Shown here piece by piece: positions 1 to 7,589 of a stretch of DNA of 33,502 nt. Source of the stretch: a virus (Duplodnaviria; Caudoviricetes); IMG/VR virus record IMGVR_UViG_3300048855_000221, positions 1 to 33,502 of that record. One strand, 5' to 3'. The position numbers and the translations under genes are program-made. Position 1 is the first letter of the stretch, and each line of letters begins with the position of its first letter. The notes beneath the pieces were generated by a model that was given only the letters and a program-made list of their open reading frames with translations, had not been told where the DNA came from and did not search any database.

Positions 1-1299
1 CTACGATTTCCGGGACGGCCGCGGCGTCTGTGTCAAAGATGGGTCAATCTCGGCCCCCAGCGGAGCCATCATCGGCAGCGCGTCGACGGCCGCCCGCTGC
101 ACGCTGGTGACCGTGTGCGCATAGCGCAGAGCCGACCGCGGATCCCGCCAGCCGCCCTGCGACATGACGGTGCGAAGGTCGGTGCCCTGGGATAGCAGGG
201 TCGTCGACAGCTTGTGCCGGAACCAGTGCTGGGTCACCTGGGCGACCAGGCGCGCGTCCTCGCGGTGGCGCGCGGCCGCCGGCACGTCGCCGACCCGCCT
301 GGCGAGCACGGAACGGCGCAGCAGCGCCTTGACCGTGCGGCAGCGCATCCCGCGATAGGCAGTCTTGTTCTGACCTCCCATGCCGGCCTCGTAGCCCTTG
401 CGGCTGTACGGCTTGCCCTGGTCGGTCAGGAACAGCGGCTCCTCGCGGCTCTTGATGGCGCCACGGCGCTCCAGATAGGCCAGGACCGCATCGACCGCCC
501 AGTCATGCAGGGCGGCGGTCACCGAATCACCGTTCTTCGTGTCGTGGAACGTGATCTGGCCCCGACCGTGGACGAGGATGGCGTCGCAAACCCGGCAGCC
601 GTGGACGATGGAGCTCACCCGGGCGCCAGTCGACCACTCGACTGCGAGCTGCGGCCGAAGGTGCCACCAAGCGTTCTCGATCATGAGGGCGATCAGATCC
701 GGTCGAAGATCGACGACTCGGCGGCGGCTGGGGCTTTTTGGCTTCCGCGCCTCGCTGTCACGGTCGATCGCCGGCAAGCGCTGGATCCACTCTCGCGGCG
801 GCTCGGCACACCAGTTCAGGAAGGTGAAGACGGCATCGAGGTAGCGCTCGCGGGTCTGCGGCTTGTTCCCGGCCTGGCGCTTATCGATGAAGCGGTTCCA
901 CCGTTCGTCGGAGATCCCGGCGAGGTCGTCGCGCGGAAACCGGGCCGTGATCTGCTTGACGACGGATACATCGAACCCGTTGAGCGGCCGGGTCCGTGGC
1001 CGGTTCAGGTACTGATAAGCCGCAACCGAGAGCGCGACGGTCGGCTTGACCCCGTGGACGACTTCCCGCCGGATGGCGGTGCACCATCTGTCGCGGATGG
1101 CGTCGGCGTCGCTCCGGAGCTCTGGCCGGGCCGGTAGCTGAGTACTGCGGCGAATGCGGACTGAGCGTCCATCAACCCGAAGTGTGCCGATGACGTACCA
1201 ATGTCCCGCCCGCTCGACGACACGGGGCCCCGCCGGCGCTTTTCGGTGTCTTCGCGCCGGATCGCCTCCTTGAGTGCCTGATACCCGGCCTCGTCCCAT
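1..1299 (-). CDS. int: Tyrosine recombinase (phage integrase); start uncertain
   Basis: Catalytic motifs TGARVSS (R), TKNG (K), QHWFRH (HxxR), GGW, YAH (Y); N-terminal WYVIGT..RRST arm-binding-like segment; at the end of the phage gene block. Confidence 0.93.
   Translation of the reverse strand: MGRGRVSGTQGGDPARRHRKAPAGPRVVERAGHWYVIGTLRVDGRSVRIRRSTQLPARPELRSDADAIRDRWCTAIRREVVHGVKPTVALSVAAYQYLNRPRTRPLNGFDVSVVKQITARFPRDDLAGISDERWNRFIDKRQAGNKPQTRERYLDAVFTFLNWCAEPPREWIQRLPAIDRDSEARKPKSPSRRRVVDLRPDLIALMIENAWWHLRPQLAVEWSTGARVSSIVHGCRVCDAILVHGRGQITFHDTKNGDSVTAALHDWAVDAVLAYLERRGAIKSREEPLFLTDQGKPYSRKGYEAGMGGQNKTAYRGMRCRTVKALLRRSVLARRVGDVPAAARHREDARLVAQVTQHWFRHKLSTTLLSQGTDLRTVMSQGGWRDPRSALRYAHTVTSVQRAAVDALPMMAPLGAEIDPSLTQTPRPSRKS
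29..47. repeat. Direct repeat pair, candidate integrase arm-type sites
   Basis: TGTGTCAA (29-36) and TGGGTCAA (40-47), 11-bp period, at the int 3' end where att arm sites often lie. Confidence 0.4.
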
Positions 1300-1469
1300 T
1301 GGCGGCTAGCCCCGACATAGTGGTGATGCTGGAGCCGCTGATGCCTGGGCGGCCTCCTCCCGTCCTCGGTGAGGCGCCCCTGCAGCCAGCGGGTGGATTT
1401 TCCGAGACGGGCGGCCACCTCGGCAAGGGACATGTCGTCTGCAAGGCCTTGGCGCGATTTCGCCATCAT
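1005..1469 (-). CDS. Excisionase-like HTH DNA-binding protein with Ser/Thr-rich tail overlapping int
   Basis: MSLAEVAARLGKSTRWL winged-HTH-like start; ATGA overlap with upstream gene stop (1466-1469); directly upstream of int. Confidence 0.75.
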   Translation of the reverse strand: MMAKSRQGLADDMSLAEVAARLGKSTRWLQGRLTEDGRRPPRHQRLQHHHYVGASRQWDEAGYQALKEAIRREDTEKRRRGPVSSSGRDIGTSSAHFGLMDAQSAFAAVLSYRPGQSSGATPTPSATDGAPPSGGKSSTGSSRPSRSRLRLIST

Positions 1470-1651
1470 CCTTCCGCGTCCTCCAGGCCCCACTCCACCA
1501 ACGTGCGAACCTCCTCGGCGAAGCTGGTGTCCGCTTCCTCCGCGCGGCGTCGGATTGCGGCGAACGTCTCGTCATCGAACCGGACGACGATGCGCCGGCT
1601 GCCGGGCGCCCTCACGCTGCCGCGGCCAAGGAGTTTGCGTGGGTTTGGCAT
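1466..1651 (-). CDS. Ribbon-helix-helix (Arc/CopG-like) small regulator
   Basis: RIVVRFDDETFAAIRRRAEEADTSFAEEVRTLVEWGL fits the RHH pattern; ATG 1651 (or GTG 1657) after AGGA. Confidence 0.75.
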   Translation of the reverse strand: MPNPRKLLGRGSVRAPGSRRIVVRFDDETFAAIRRRAEEADTSFAEEVRTLVEWGLEDAEG

Positions 1652-1758
1652 CGACACGGTCCTAGAGTGGGCAGTGCGTCAAGGCCAGCCGCCAGGCCGA
1701 CCCCAGATGATGACGGCCCGCAACGCTGTGCCGCGGGCCGTTCAGGTACCAGTCGTAT

Positions 1759-2091
1759 CTAGACGAGTGAGCGCCTGCGCTCGATCGCCTCAAGCTCGTC
1801 CGCGATATCGACGATGATTTCGTCGGCCTCGTGGGTCTCTAGCCAAGCATACTCGTGCAGCGCTCGAAGCTTCGCTACAACGCCGGCCACCGATGTCGCC
1901 TTCGCCGCGAACACGTCATCGGCTGCCTTCTTCTCTTCTGCGAAGGCCGGATGTTTGGCTCTGATCTCGGCCACTCCCATGTTTCCCCTCGAAACGAGAG
2001 CGAACTCGGCGGCTTCATTGGCCGCTGAGAACGCTTGGTAGGCGATGGCGGCTGGGTCAATGATCTCGGCTGGAATGATGTCTCTGGGCAT
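1759..2091 (-). CDS. Hypothetical phage early protein, 110 aa
   Basis: Strong SD GGGGAGG 5 nt before ATG; first gene after the leftward promoter; helical protein with ATSVAGVVAKL. Confidence 0.8.
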   Translation of the reverse strand: MPRDIIPAEIIDPAAIAYQAFSAANEAAEFALVSRGNMGVAEIRAKHPAFAEEKKAADDVFAAKATSVAGVVAKLRALHEYAWLETHEADEIIVDIADELEAIERRRSLV

Positions 2092-2145
2092 ATGTGCCTC
2101 CCCAGTGGGCGCCGCGAGGGGCGGTCAGCGGGTGCTGACAAAAGA

Positions 2146-2198
2146 ATATTACGCCAAACGGAAATGTGTCGTCAAACGCATTATTCCGTTTGGCGTAA
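2146..2198 (-). promoter_or_regulatory. Leftward early promoter with two operators (OL-like)
   Basis: Minus strand TTGACG(2175-2170)-N18-TAATAT(2151-2146); operators TTACGCCAAACGGAA (2149-2163) and its exact reverse complement TTCCGTTTGGCGTAA (2184-2198). Confidence 0.85.
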
Positions 2199-2221
2199 AG
2201 CGCTTTCTGCTTAGCTTCGAA

Positions 2222-2914
2222 TCAGCGCTGGAGCGCGTGGGATTCTCGAAAGCGGCTGCTAAGGTGAAGGACAATCGGTGCTGCGTGCCTTACCGCTACG
2301 TCGACAATCGCCGGGATGCCGAGATTGTGGCTAGTTAGCGTGAATAGGTCCGGAGATGAGCCGGGCAGAAGCTGCTTGAGAAAGAAGCGGCCATCAGTTA
2401 GCTCTACTATACAAGGGGCTCCGAGAAAGCTCGCCGATAGCGGTCGCAGTTTTTGATAGACGAGGATATCTCCGTCTCTATATGTCGGCGCTAGGTTGCT
2501 TCCTCTGACTACAACGGCTTCGAAAACATGCTTTGTTTCTAATAAAAATCCAAGACCCTTTTCTGGATCATCTGAAATATAATCTACTATGTCTGCGTTG
2601 GAAATAAAGCCAACTATGCTGATTCGGCGAAATTCAGGCGCGGCCGTTACGCCGGCAAAGCCGGCGTTGGTGGGATTTGCATGCGCATCCGGAGGGCCAG
2701 AAAGCAGCGTTGCTGTTGAAACTCCAAGGCATCTCGCTATCGCTTCGAGCATGTCTTGGGTGTATGCCTGCCGGTTGTTCTCTATTCGGGAGATATTCGC
2801 TGTCGATGATCCGACAGCTTCGGCAAGCTGCGCTTGCGTTAGGCTGCGAGCTTCTCGCCACTCTCGGATGTAGTGGCGTTCGCGGGTCGGTAAGGTGATG
2901 GGTCGCTTGGGCAT
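2222..2914 (-). CDS. cI: CI-like repressor, XRE HTH plus degenerate S24-like domain
   Basis: IREWREARSLTQAQLAEAVGSSTANISRIENNR HTH; C-terminal VRGSNLAPTYRDGDIL..DGRFFLKQL..FTLTSHN S24-like fold; divergent from cro; start ATG 2914 or GTG 2917. Confidence 0.9.
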   Translation of the reverse strand: MPKRPITLPTRERHYIREWREARSLTQAQLAEAVGSSTANISRIENNRQAYTQDMLEAIARCLGVSTATLLSGPPDAHANPTNAGFAGVTAAPEFRRISIVGFISNADIVDYISDDPEKGLGFLLETKHVFEAVVVRGSNLAPTYRDGDILVYQKLRPLSASFLGAPCIVELTDGRFFLKQLLPGSSPDLFTLTSHNLGIPAIVDVAVRHAAPIVLHLSSRFRESHALQR

Positions 2915-2923
2915 CACACGAAC

Positions 2924-2999
2924 TTACGGCAAGCGCAAAGGGATGTCGCTATCGCCAAACGGAAATCTGCTTGACGAGATTTTCCGTTTGGCGTAACAG
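2924..2999 (+). promoter_or_regulatory. Rightward early promoter with three operators (OR-like)
   Basis: TTACGGCAAGCGCAA (2924-2938), TATCGCCAAACGGAA (2950-2964), TTCCGTTTGGCGTAA (2982-2996); TTGACG(2971-2976)-N17-TAACAG(2994-2999). Confidence 0.85.
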
Positions 3000-3006
3000 A
3001 AACGGC

Positions 3007-3237
3007 ATGTCACATCCTCTCCGAGCATATCGGAAGGCCATTGGCGTCACGCTGGAGGACATGGCGGGACGGATTGGCATTTCCATCGCCTCGCTTTCCC
3101 GGATCGAAACGGGAAAGCAGAGGCCTTCACTTCTCACGCTCCTGCGCATTGAAGATGAAACGGGAGGTGCGGTCGGAGCCAGCGCCTTCCGCCAGTTCCG
3201 TGCAGACGGCGGCCCCCTCGATGGGTGCGCCGCATGA
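3007..3237 (+). CDS. cro: Cro-like XRE HTH regulator, 76 aa
   Basis: MSHPLRAYRKAIGVTLEDMAGRIGISIASLSRIETGKQRPS..GGAV; divergent from cI. Confidence 0.9.
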   Translation: MSHPLRAYRKAIGVTLEDMAGRIGISIASLSRIETGKQRPSLLTLLRIEDETGGAVGASAFRQFRADGGPLDGCAA

Positions 3238-3329
3238 TGTCGCCTTGGCATGGAAAGGCCCGTGCTGACCTGAGCGCGACGCCGCCAGGCGCGGTCGCAA
3301 TGCGGCGCGAACTCGGCGCCCCACGCCCG

Positions 3330-3419
3330 TCACACGACCATCAACTCGCGGGTCCAGCTCTGCGGGAGAGTGGTGAGGTTGGCGCGAAGGCGCCGGACGA
3401 TGTCGATGATCTTCGCCAT
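3330..3419 (-). CDS. Candidate 29-aa small protein antisense to the early right operon
   Basis: AGGAGA-N7-ATG; MAKIIDIVRRLRANLTTLPQSWTRELMVV; lies in an otherwise unassigned gap. Confidence 0.5.
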   Translation of the reverse strand: MAKIIDIVRRLRANLTTLPQSWTRELMVV

Positions 3420-3451
3420 GGCTCGTTCTCCTGTCTGGCTGCTCACCTTGC

Positions 3452-3552
3452 GCCGGGGTCGGATCCATCCTGTCCGACCCCGGCCGCACCGGGAGGGTGC
3501 CGGGCGCTGGGGAGCCACCCTGAGCACTCTCCCGATCTCTACATCAGGGATC
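3452..3552 (+). ncRNA. Candidate structured RNA element, three consecutive hairpins
   Basis: GCCGGGGTCGGA/TCCGACCCCGGC (3452-3484); CGGGAGGGTGC/GCACTCTCCCG (3490-3534); GATCTCT/AGGGATC (3534-3552); mismatches resolve as G-U pairs on the + strand. Confidence 0.45.
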
Positions 3553-3723
3553 TCTGCGGAGTAGGACAGTCGGTCGATGTGCGGCGCGCAGGAGGTTCCA
3601 ACTCTCGCGCCGCCTTCGATCACGGTCCAGATGACCACCGTCTCCACGCCCCCAATGTGGAGTGGAACGGCGTTGGAAATCTCGAAAAGTTCTTTCAGGA
3701 AATCCCGAAACCAGGAGCCCCCG

Positions 3724-4071
3724 ATGACAGCGGACGCTTTCGCTGAGGAGGTTCGATCTTGCCTGCCCGTGATCGCTGCGCCGATCCGAGCGAACGAGCC
3801 GGTTCCGTCCTGGCTCTCGCGCGCGGCACGCACGGCCGGCATCTCCGTTGCCCGGGCCCGGGCCTATTGGTATCGCCAGGTCGAGCGGCCGCGGGTCGAC
3901 GAGTACTTCGCGATCATCAGCGCGGCGGACCTATCCCAGCGCCGGCTAGAGGACATGGAGTCTGCCTATGAGGCTGATCGGGAGCGTCTTGCTCGCGATT
4001 TCCCGCGCCTGGCGCGTTTTCTTCCGCCTTCGCTCCGAGCGCCGGAGGCGGATGCGGCGGCCGAGCGGTGA
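3724..4071 (+). CDS. Hypothetical DNA-binding protein at CII position
   Basis: AGGAG-N6-ATG (alternative TTG 3673); LSRAARTAGISVARARAYWY HTH-like segment; between cro and replication gene. Confidence 0.75.
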   Translation: MTADAFAEEVRSCLPVIAAPIRANEPVPSWLSRAARTAGISVARARAYWYRQVERPRVDEYFAIISAADLSQRRLEDMESAYEADRERLARDFPRLARFLPPSLRAPEADAAAER

Positions 4072-4182
4072 TCGGCATCGCTCGATGAATTGAACTCAGG
4101 ACCTCTCCCTTACCAAGGGAGTGATCTCGCCGGCCTGCGCTCTCTGCAAGGCCCGCCTCAACGCCGCAGTCGGGACCGTGGA

Positions 4183-4425
4183 ATGAGCGACATCGCTGAG
4201 GACGAGTTTCAGGAGCCCGACATCGCGCGGATCGTCCTGGCGAAATGCCGCAAGTGTCCCCGGATGCTCGTTCTGACGATCTATGCCTACGGTGGCTGGG
4301 GCCAGAAGCCGCTCGCTGATTTGCCGTGCCTGAACCCGACGCGCTGCGGCGACTCGCAACCAATCCCAAAGGACGAGACTGGTTTCCGTTTCGACCTCCT
4401 CGACGATGAGCCAGGTGTTCGGTGA
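4183..4425 (+). CDS. Small Cys-containing hypothetical protein (possible Zn ribbon)
   Basis: CRKC...CLNPTRC; GTGA overlap with primase start. Confidence 0.65.
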   Translation: MSDIAEDEFQEPDIARIVLAKCRKCPRMLVLTIYAYGGWGQKPLADLPCLNPTRCGDSQPIPKDETGFRFDLLDDEPGVR

Positions 4426-7118
4426 CCCATCAGCTCATCGACGCCGACGCCGTCCGCGATTCCGTCTCGCTCCCGGACCTGATCGGCAAGTACGTCACCC
4501 TCATCCCGGACGGACGCGAATACCGCGGCCTGTGCCCGTTCCACAAGGAGAAGACGCCCAGCTTCCACGTCGTGCCAGAGAAGGGCTTCTATCACTGCTT
4601 CGGCTGCGGCGCCCATGGCGACGGCATCGACTTCGTGATGGAGCACGACGGCGTCGGCTTCCGCGACGCATGCGCCATCATCGCGGGCGACCGGGCGTTC
4701 ACGCCATCCGACCGGCCCCGGCAAATCCGGCCGGCCGCACCCGACCCATACGATGCGTTCAAGCCGATCGTTCCTGTACCCGACGACGCTCCCGCGATCG
4801 TCGCCGGCAAGCGAACGCCCAAGCTCCTGAACATCAAGCAGATCGACCGGCCCGATAAGCGCGAGACGTCGTTCCGCCCGGTCTCCATCCATCCATACAT
4901 CGACACCGACAACAACCTGATCGGCTACGTCCTGCGCGTCCAGATCGATGCCGAGCACAAGATCACCCCGGCCATCATGTTCTGCGAGACGCCGACTGGC
5001 GAACGCCGCTGGTGCATCCGCAAGTTTCCCGAGCCGCGCCCGCTCTACCGCCTCCCGGAACTCACCGCAAAGCCCAAGGCCGTCGTCGTCATTTGCGAAG
5101 GCGAGAAGGCCGCCGACGCCGCCGCCAAGCTCCTGCCGACCAATCCATGCCTGACCTGGCCTGGCGGCACGCAATCGGTCTCCCGCGTCAACTGGGCTCC
5201 CCTGGCTGGCCGCAAGGTGGTCATCTGGCCTGATGCCGACGACCCTGGGCGCGAGGCGTCCAACCAGATCGCGACGATCCTCGCATTGCACAACTGCACC
5301 GTCTCGATCGCGGATACCGTCGACCTGCCGGAGAAGTTCGACGCTGCGGACCTGCCGCCCGACACGGACGCCATGGCGTGGCTGCGGCCTCGCCTGCGCT
5401 CATATGTGCCACTCGCCTTGCCCGATGAGTATGACCCGCCGCCGGTTGCGAACGACGACGCGTGCGAACCTCAGGCGCGTGATGGGAAACGCGAGAAGCG
5501 GGCTCGCACACGGCAGCAGCAAGCATCGGATGTCACGACCCCGATCAACGCCGACGCAGCGGGCACAGGCGGCTTCAATCGCGGCGGCCGCCCTATCATC
5601 CAGCTTGAGAATGACCGGCTCTACCAGAACGTGAACGAGACAGAAGCGCTGCTGATTAAGGCTGGGCTTCCCATCTTCGTCCGCGCCGGAAAGCTGGTGC
5701 GCCCAGTGACAGAGAATGTCGCTGCCGCCGACAACAAGACGGCTCTGATCGGCAAGTTTCGAGTGATGACCAACGACGAGTTGGTCGACGCTATGGCGGA
5801 GACCATCCGGTTCGAAAGATTCGACGGCCGCAAGGAAGATTGGGCTGCCACGAAGCCTCCGCGCGACGTGGCCAGCATCCTCCTCAACCGGGAGGGTCTT
5901 TGGCAGTTCCCGGTGGTGGTCGCGATCGTCACTACCCCAACGCTGCGGCGCGATGGTTCGGTCCTGGCGGAGCCCGGATACGACCCGGCCACTCGAGTAT
6001 TCTACGCCGAGGACAAGCTGCTGCAGATGCCGCTGCTGGTCGAGCGGCCGACGCAAGAGGACGCAGTTGGGGCCCTCGATCTTCTGAAGGATCTTCTTGT
6101 CGAATTCCCGTTCGTCTCACCCGTCGATCGCGCCGTGGCCCTCTCCGGCATCCTGACGGCGGTCTGTCGCCCAGCGATGCCGGTGGCACCCATGCACGCC
6201 ATAAAGGCCTCAACCGCGGGGACCGGCAAGACCTACCTAGTCGACATTGCCAGCATGATCGCCATTGGCCAGAAGTGCCCCGTGATCACCATGGGGAAGG
6301 TTGAGGAGGAGACCGAGAAGCGTCTCGGCGCCCTGCTGATGGCCGGCGTCCCGATCATCTCGTTGGATAACTGCAACGGCGAGATGGGCGGCGACATGCT
6401 CTGCCAGATGGTCGAGCGCCCGATGGTCCGGGCGCGCATCTTGGGACGCTCGGAGGCGCCCGAGATCGAGGTCCGGTCGACCTGCTTCGCCACCGGCAAC
6501 AACCTCCAGCTCCGAGGCGACATGACCCGCCGGGCCGTGGTCTGCAACCTCGATGCCGGCGTCGAACGGCCCGAGCTTCGGGCGTTCACACTCAAGCCTA
6601 CGGACATAGTCAGCGCCGATCGCGGCAAGTATGTCGCCGCAGCCCTGACCGTGGTTCGTGCCTACATGGCCGCCGGCTCACCCGGCAAACTTGCACCGAT
6701 CGGATCGTATGACGATTGGTCCGACATGGTGCGCTCGGCGCTCGTTTGGCTCGGCGAGGCCGACCCGGTCGCCAGCATGGAGAAAGCGAGAGAGGAGGAT
6801 CCCCAGCTGATGGAGATCAAGGAGGTCTTCGGTCAATGGGAGGAGTGCCTTTCCCTGGACACCAAGTACACGACGCGGGCGATCGTCGCCAGGTCAGAGG
6901 AGGATTTCGGCAACAGCGACTATCGGTTCCCGGATCTTCACGACGCGATGATGAAGGTCGCCGGGAACGGAGGACGGATCTCGTCGAAATCACTTGGCCG
7001 ATGGCTCATGCGCAACCAAGGCCGAGTGGTTAATTCATTGAAAATTATCAGTTTTCCGGATGAGAAGAACGGCAACAAGTATGCCCTCGTCAGCGCCGAT
7101 GAGGGCCATTCGCCATGA
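4422..7118 (+). CDS. Primase-helicase: CHC2 zinc finger, TOPRIM, SF3-like ATPase
   Basis: CPFHKEKTPSF..CFGC; VICEGEKAADA, WPGG, IWPDAD; Walker A AGTGKT, Walker B-like ISLDN, FATGNN, DMTRR. Confidence 0.9.
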   Translation: MTHQLIDADAVRDSVSLPDLIGKYVTLIPDGREYRGLCPFHKEKTPSFHVVPEKGFYHCFGCGAHGDGIDFVMEHDGVGFRDACAIIAGDRAFTPSDRPRQIRPAAPDPYDAFKPIVPVPDDAPAIVAGKRTPKLLNIKQIDRPDKRETSFRPVSIHPYIDTDNNLIGYVLRVQIDAEHKITPAIMFCETPTGERRWCIRKFPEPRPLYRLPELTAKPKAVVVICEGEKAADAAAKLLPTNPCLTWPGGTQSVSRVNWAPLAGRKVVIWPDADDPGREASNQIATILALHNCTVSIADTVDLPEKFDAADLPPDTDAMAWLRPRLRSYVPLALPDEYDPPPVANDDACEPQARDGKREKRARTRQQQASDVTTPINADAAGTGGFNRGGRPIIQLENDRLYQNVNETEALLIKAGLPIFVRAGKLVRPVTENVAAADNKTALIGKFRVMTNDELVDAMAETIRFERFDGRKEDWAATKPPRDVASILLNREGLWQFPVVVAIVTTPTLRRDGSVLAEPGYDPATRVFYAEDKLLQMPLLVERPTQEDAVGALDLLKDLLVEFPFVSPVDRAVALSGILTAVCRPAMPVAPMHAIKASTAGTGKTYLVDIASMIAIGQKCPVITMGKVEEETEKRLGALLMAGVPIISLDNCNGEMGGDMLCQMVERPMVRARILGRSEAPEIEVRSTCFATGNNLQLRGDMTRRAVVCNLDAGVERPELRAFTLKPTDIVSADRGKYVAAALTVVRAYMAAGSPGKLAPIGSYDDWSDMVRSALVWLGEADPVASMEKAREEDPQLMEIKEVFGQWEECLSLDTKYTTRAIVARSEEDFGNSDYRFPDLHDAMMKVAGNGGRISSKSLGRWLMRNQGRVVNSLKIISFPDEKNGNKYALVSADEGHSP

Positions 7119-7126
7119 CTAGCTAC

Positions 7127-7255
7127 GGGGGGTTTCTCGGGTTTTTGGGGTTTCTCCCACTACCCCGCGCGAAACTGTCAAAGGTCAGTACTGCTTGCCT
7201 ATGACAGTTTAGGTGTAGTGGCTGAAAAAACCCCCTGAAACCCCAGAAACCCCCC
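7127..7255. repeat. Nested imperfect palindrome with iteron-like arms, candidate replication origin
   Basis: 3x GGGTTT left versus 3x AAACCC right; CCACTAC/GTAGTGG; AAACTGTCA/TGACAGTTT; central CAGTACTG. Confidence 0.7.
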
Positions 7256-7286
7256 TCACTTCCGACAACACAACAGGAGCATCCAC

Positions 7287-7544
7287 ATGAGCACCGATAA
7301 GCGCCCGGCTTGGGCCTGCAGGACATGCCGATTCTGGCTTGACACCGACGTGCCGCTCGTTCCGGAACCGGGCGTGCCGCGAGAGCACCGCAGTGGGCAG
7401 TGTCGCCGCCACGCGCCGATGCCCTTCCGGATCCCGGACGTCGAGGAATACGACGAGAACGCGACTTGGCCCACGACGTTCGGCGGCGACTTCTGTGGTG
7501 ATCATTGCCCGATCAACGGACCTCCGATTTACCGCGGCTCATGA
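7287..7544 (+). CDS. Small Cys-rich hypothetical phage protein
   Basis: AGGAG SD; CRTCRFW..GQCRRHAP..WPTT..DFCGDH. Confidence 0.8.
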   Translation: MSTDKRPAWACRTCRFWLDTDVPLVPEPGVPREHRSGQCRRHAPMPFRIPDVEEYDENATWPTTFGGDFCGDHCPINGPPIYRGS

Positions 7545-7589
7545 GGCACGGGACGGAGATTGTGCGGTCGGTTTGAGCGGAGGTCTCAG

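Noticed and set aside
3234-3746. 170-aa + strand ORF with ATGA overlap on the cro stop
   Set aside because: Composition unlike a folded protein and it crosses the hairpin cluster; coupling could be chance, though not excluded
4085-4186. ATG AAT TGA followed in frame by ..ISPACALCKARLNAAVGTVE ending in an ATGA overlap; possible tiny pseudogene
   Set aside because: Too short to support without homologues
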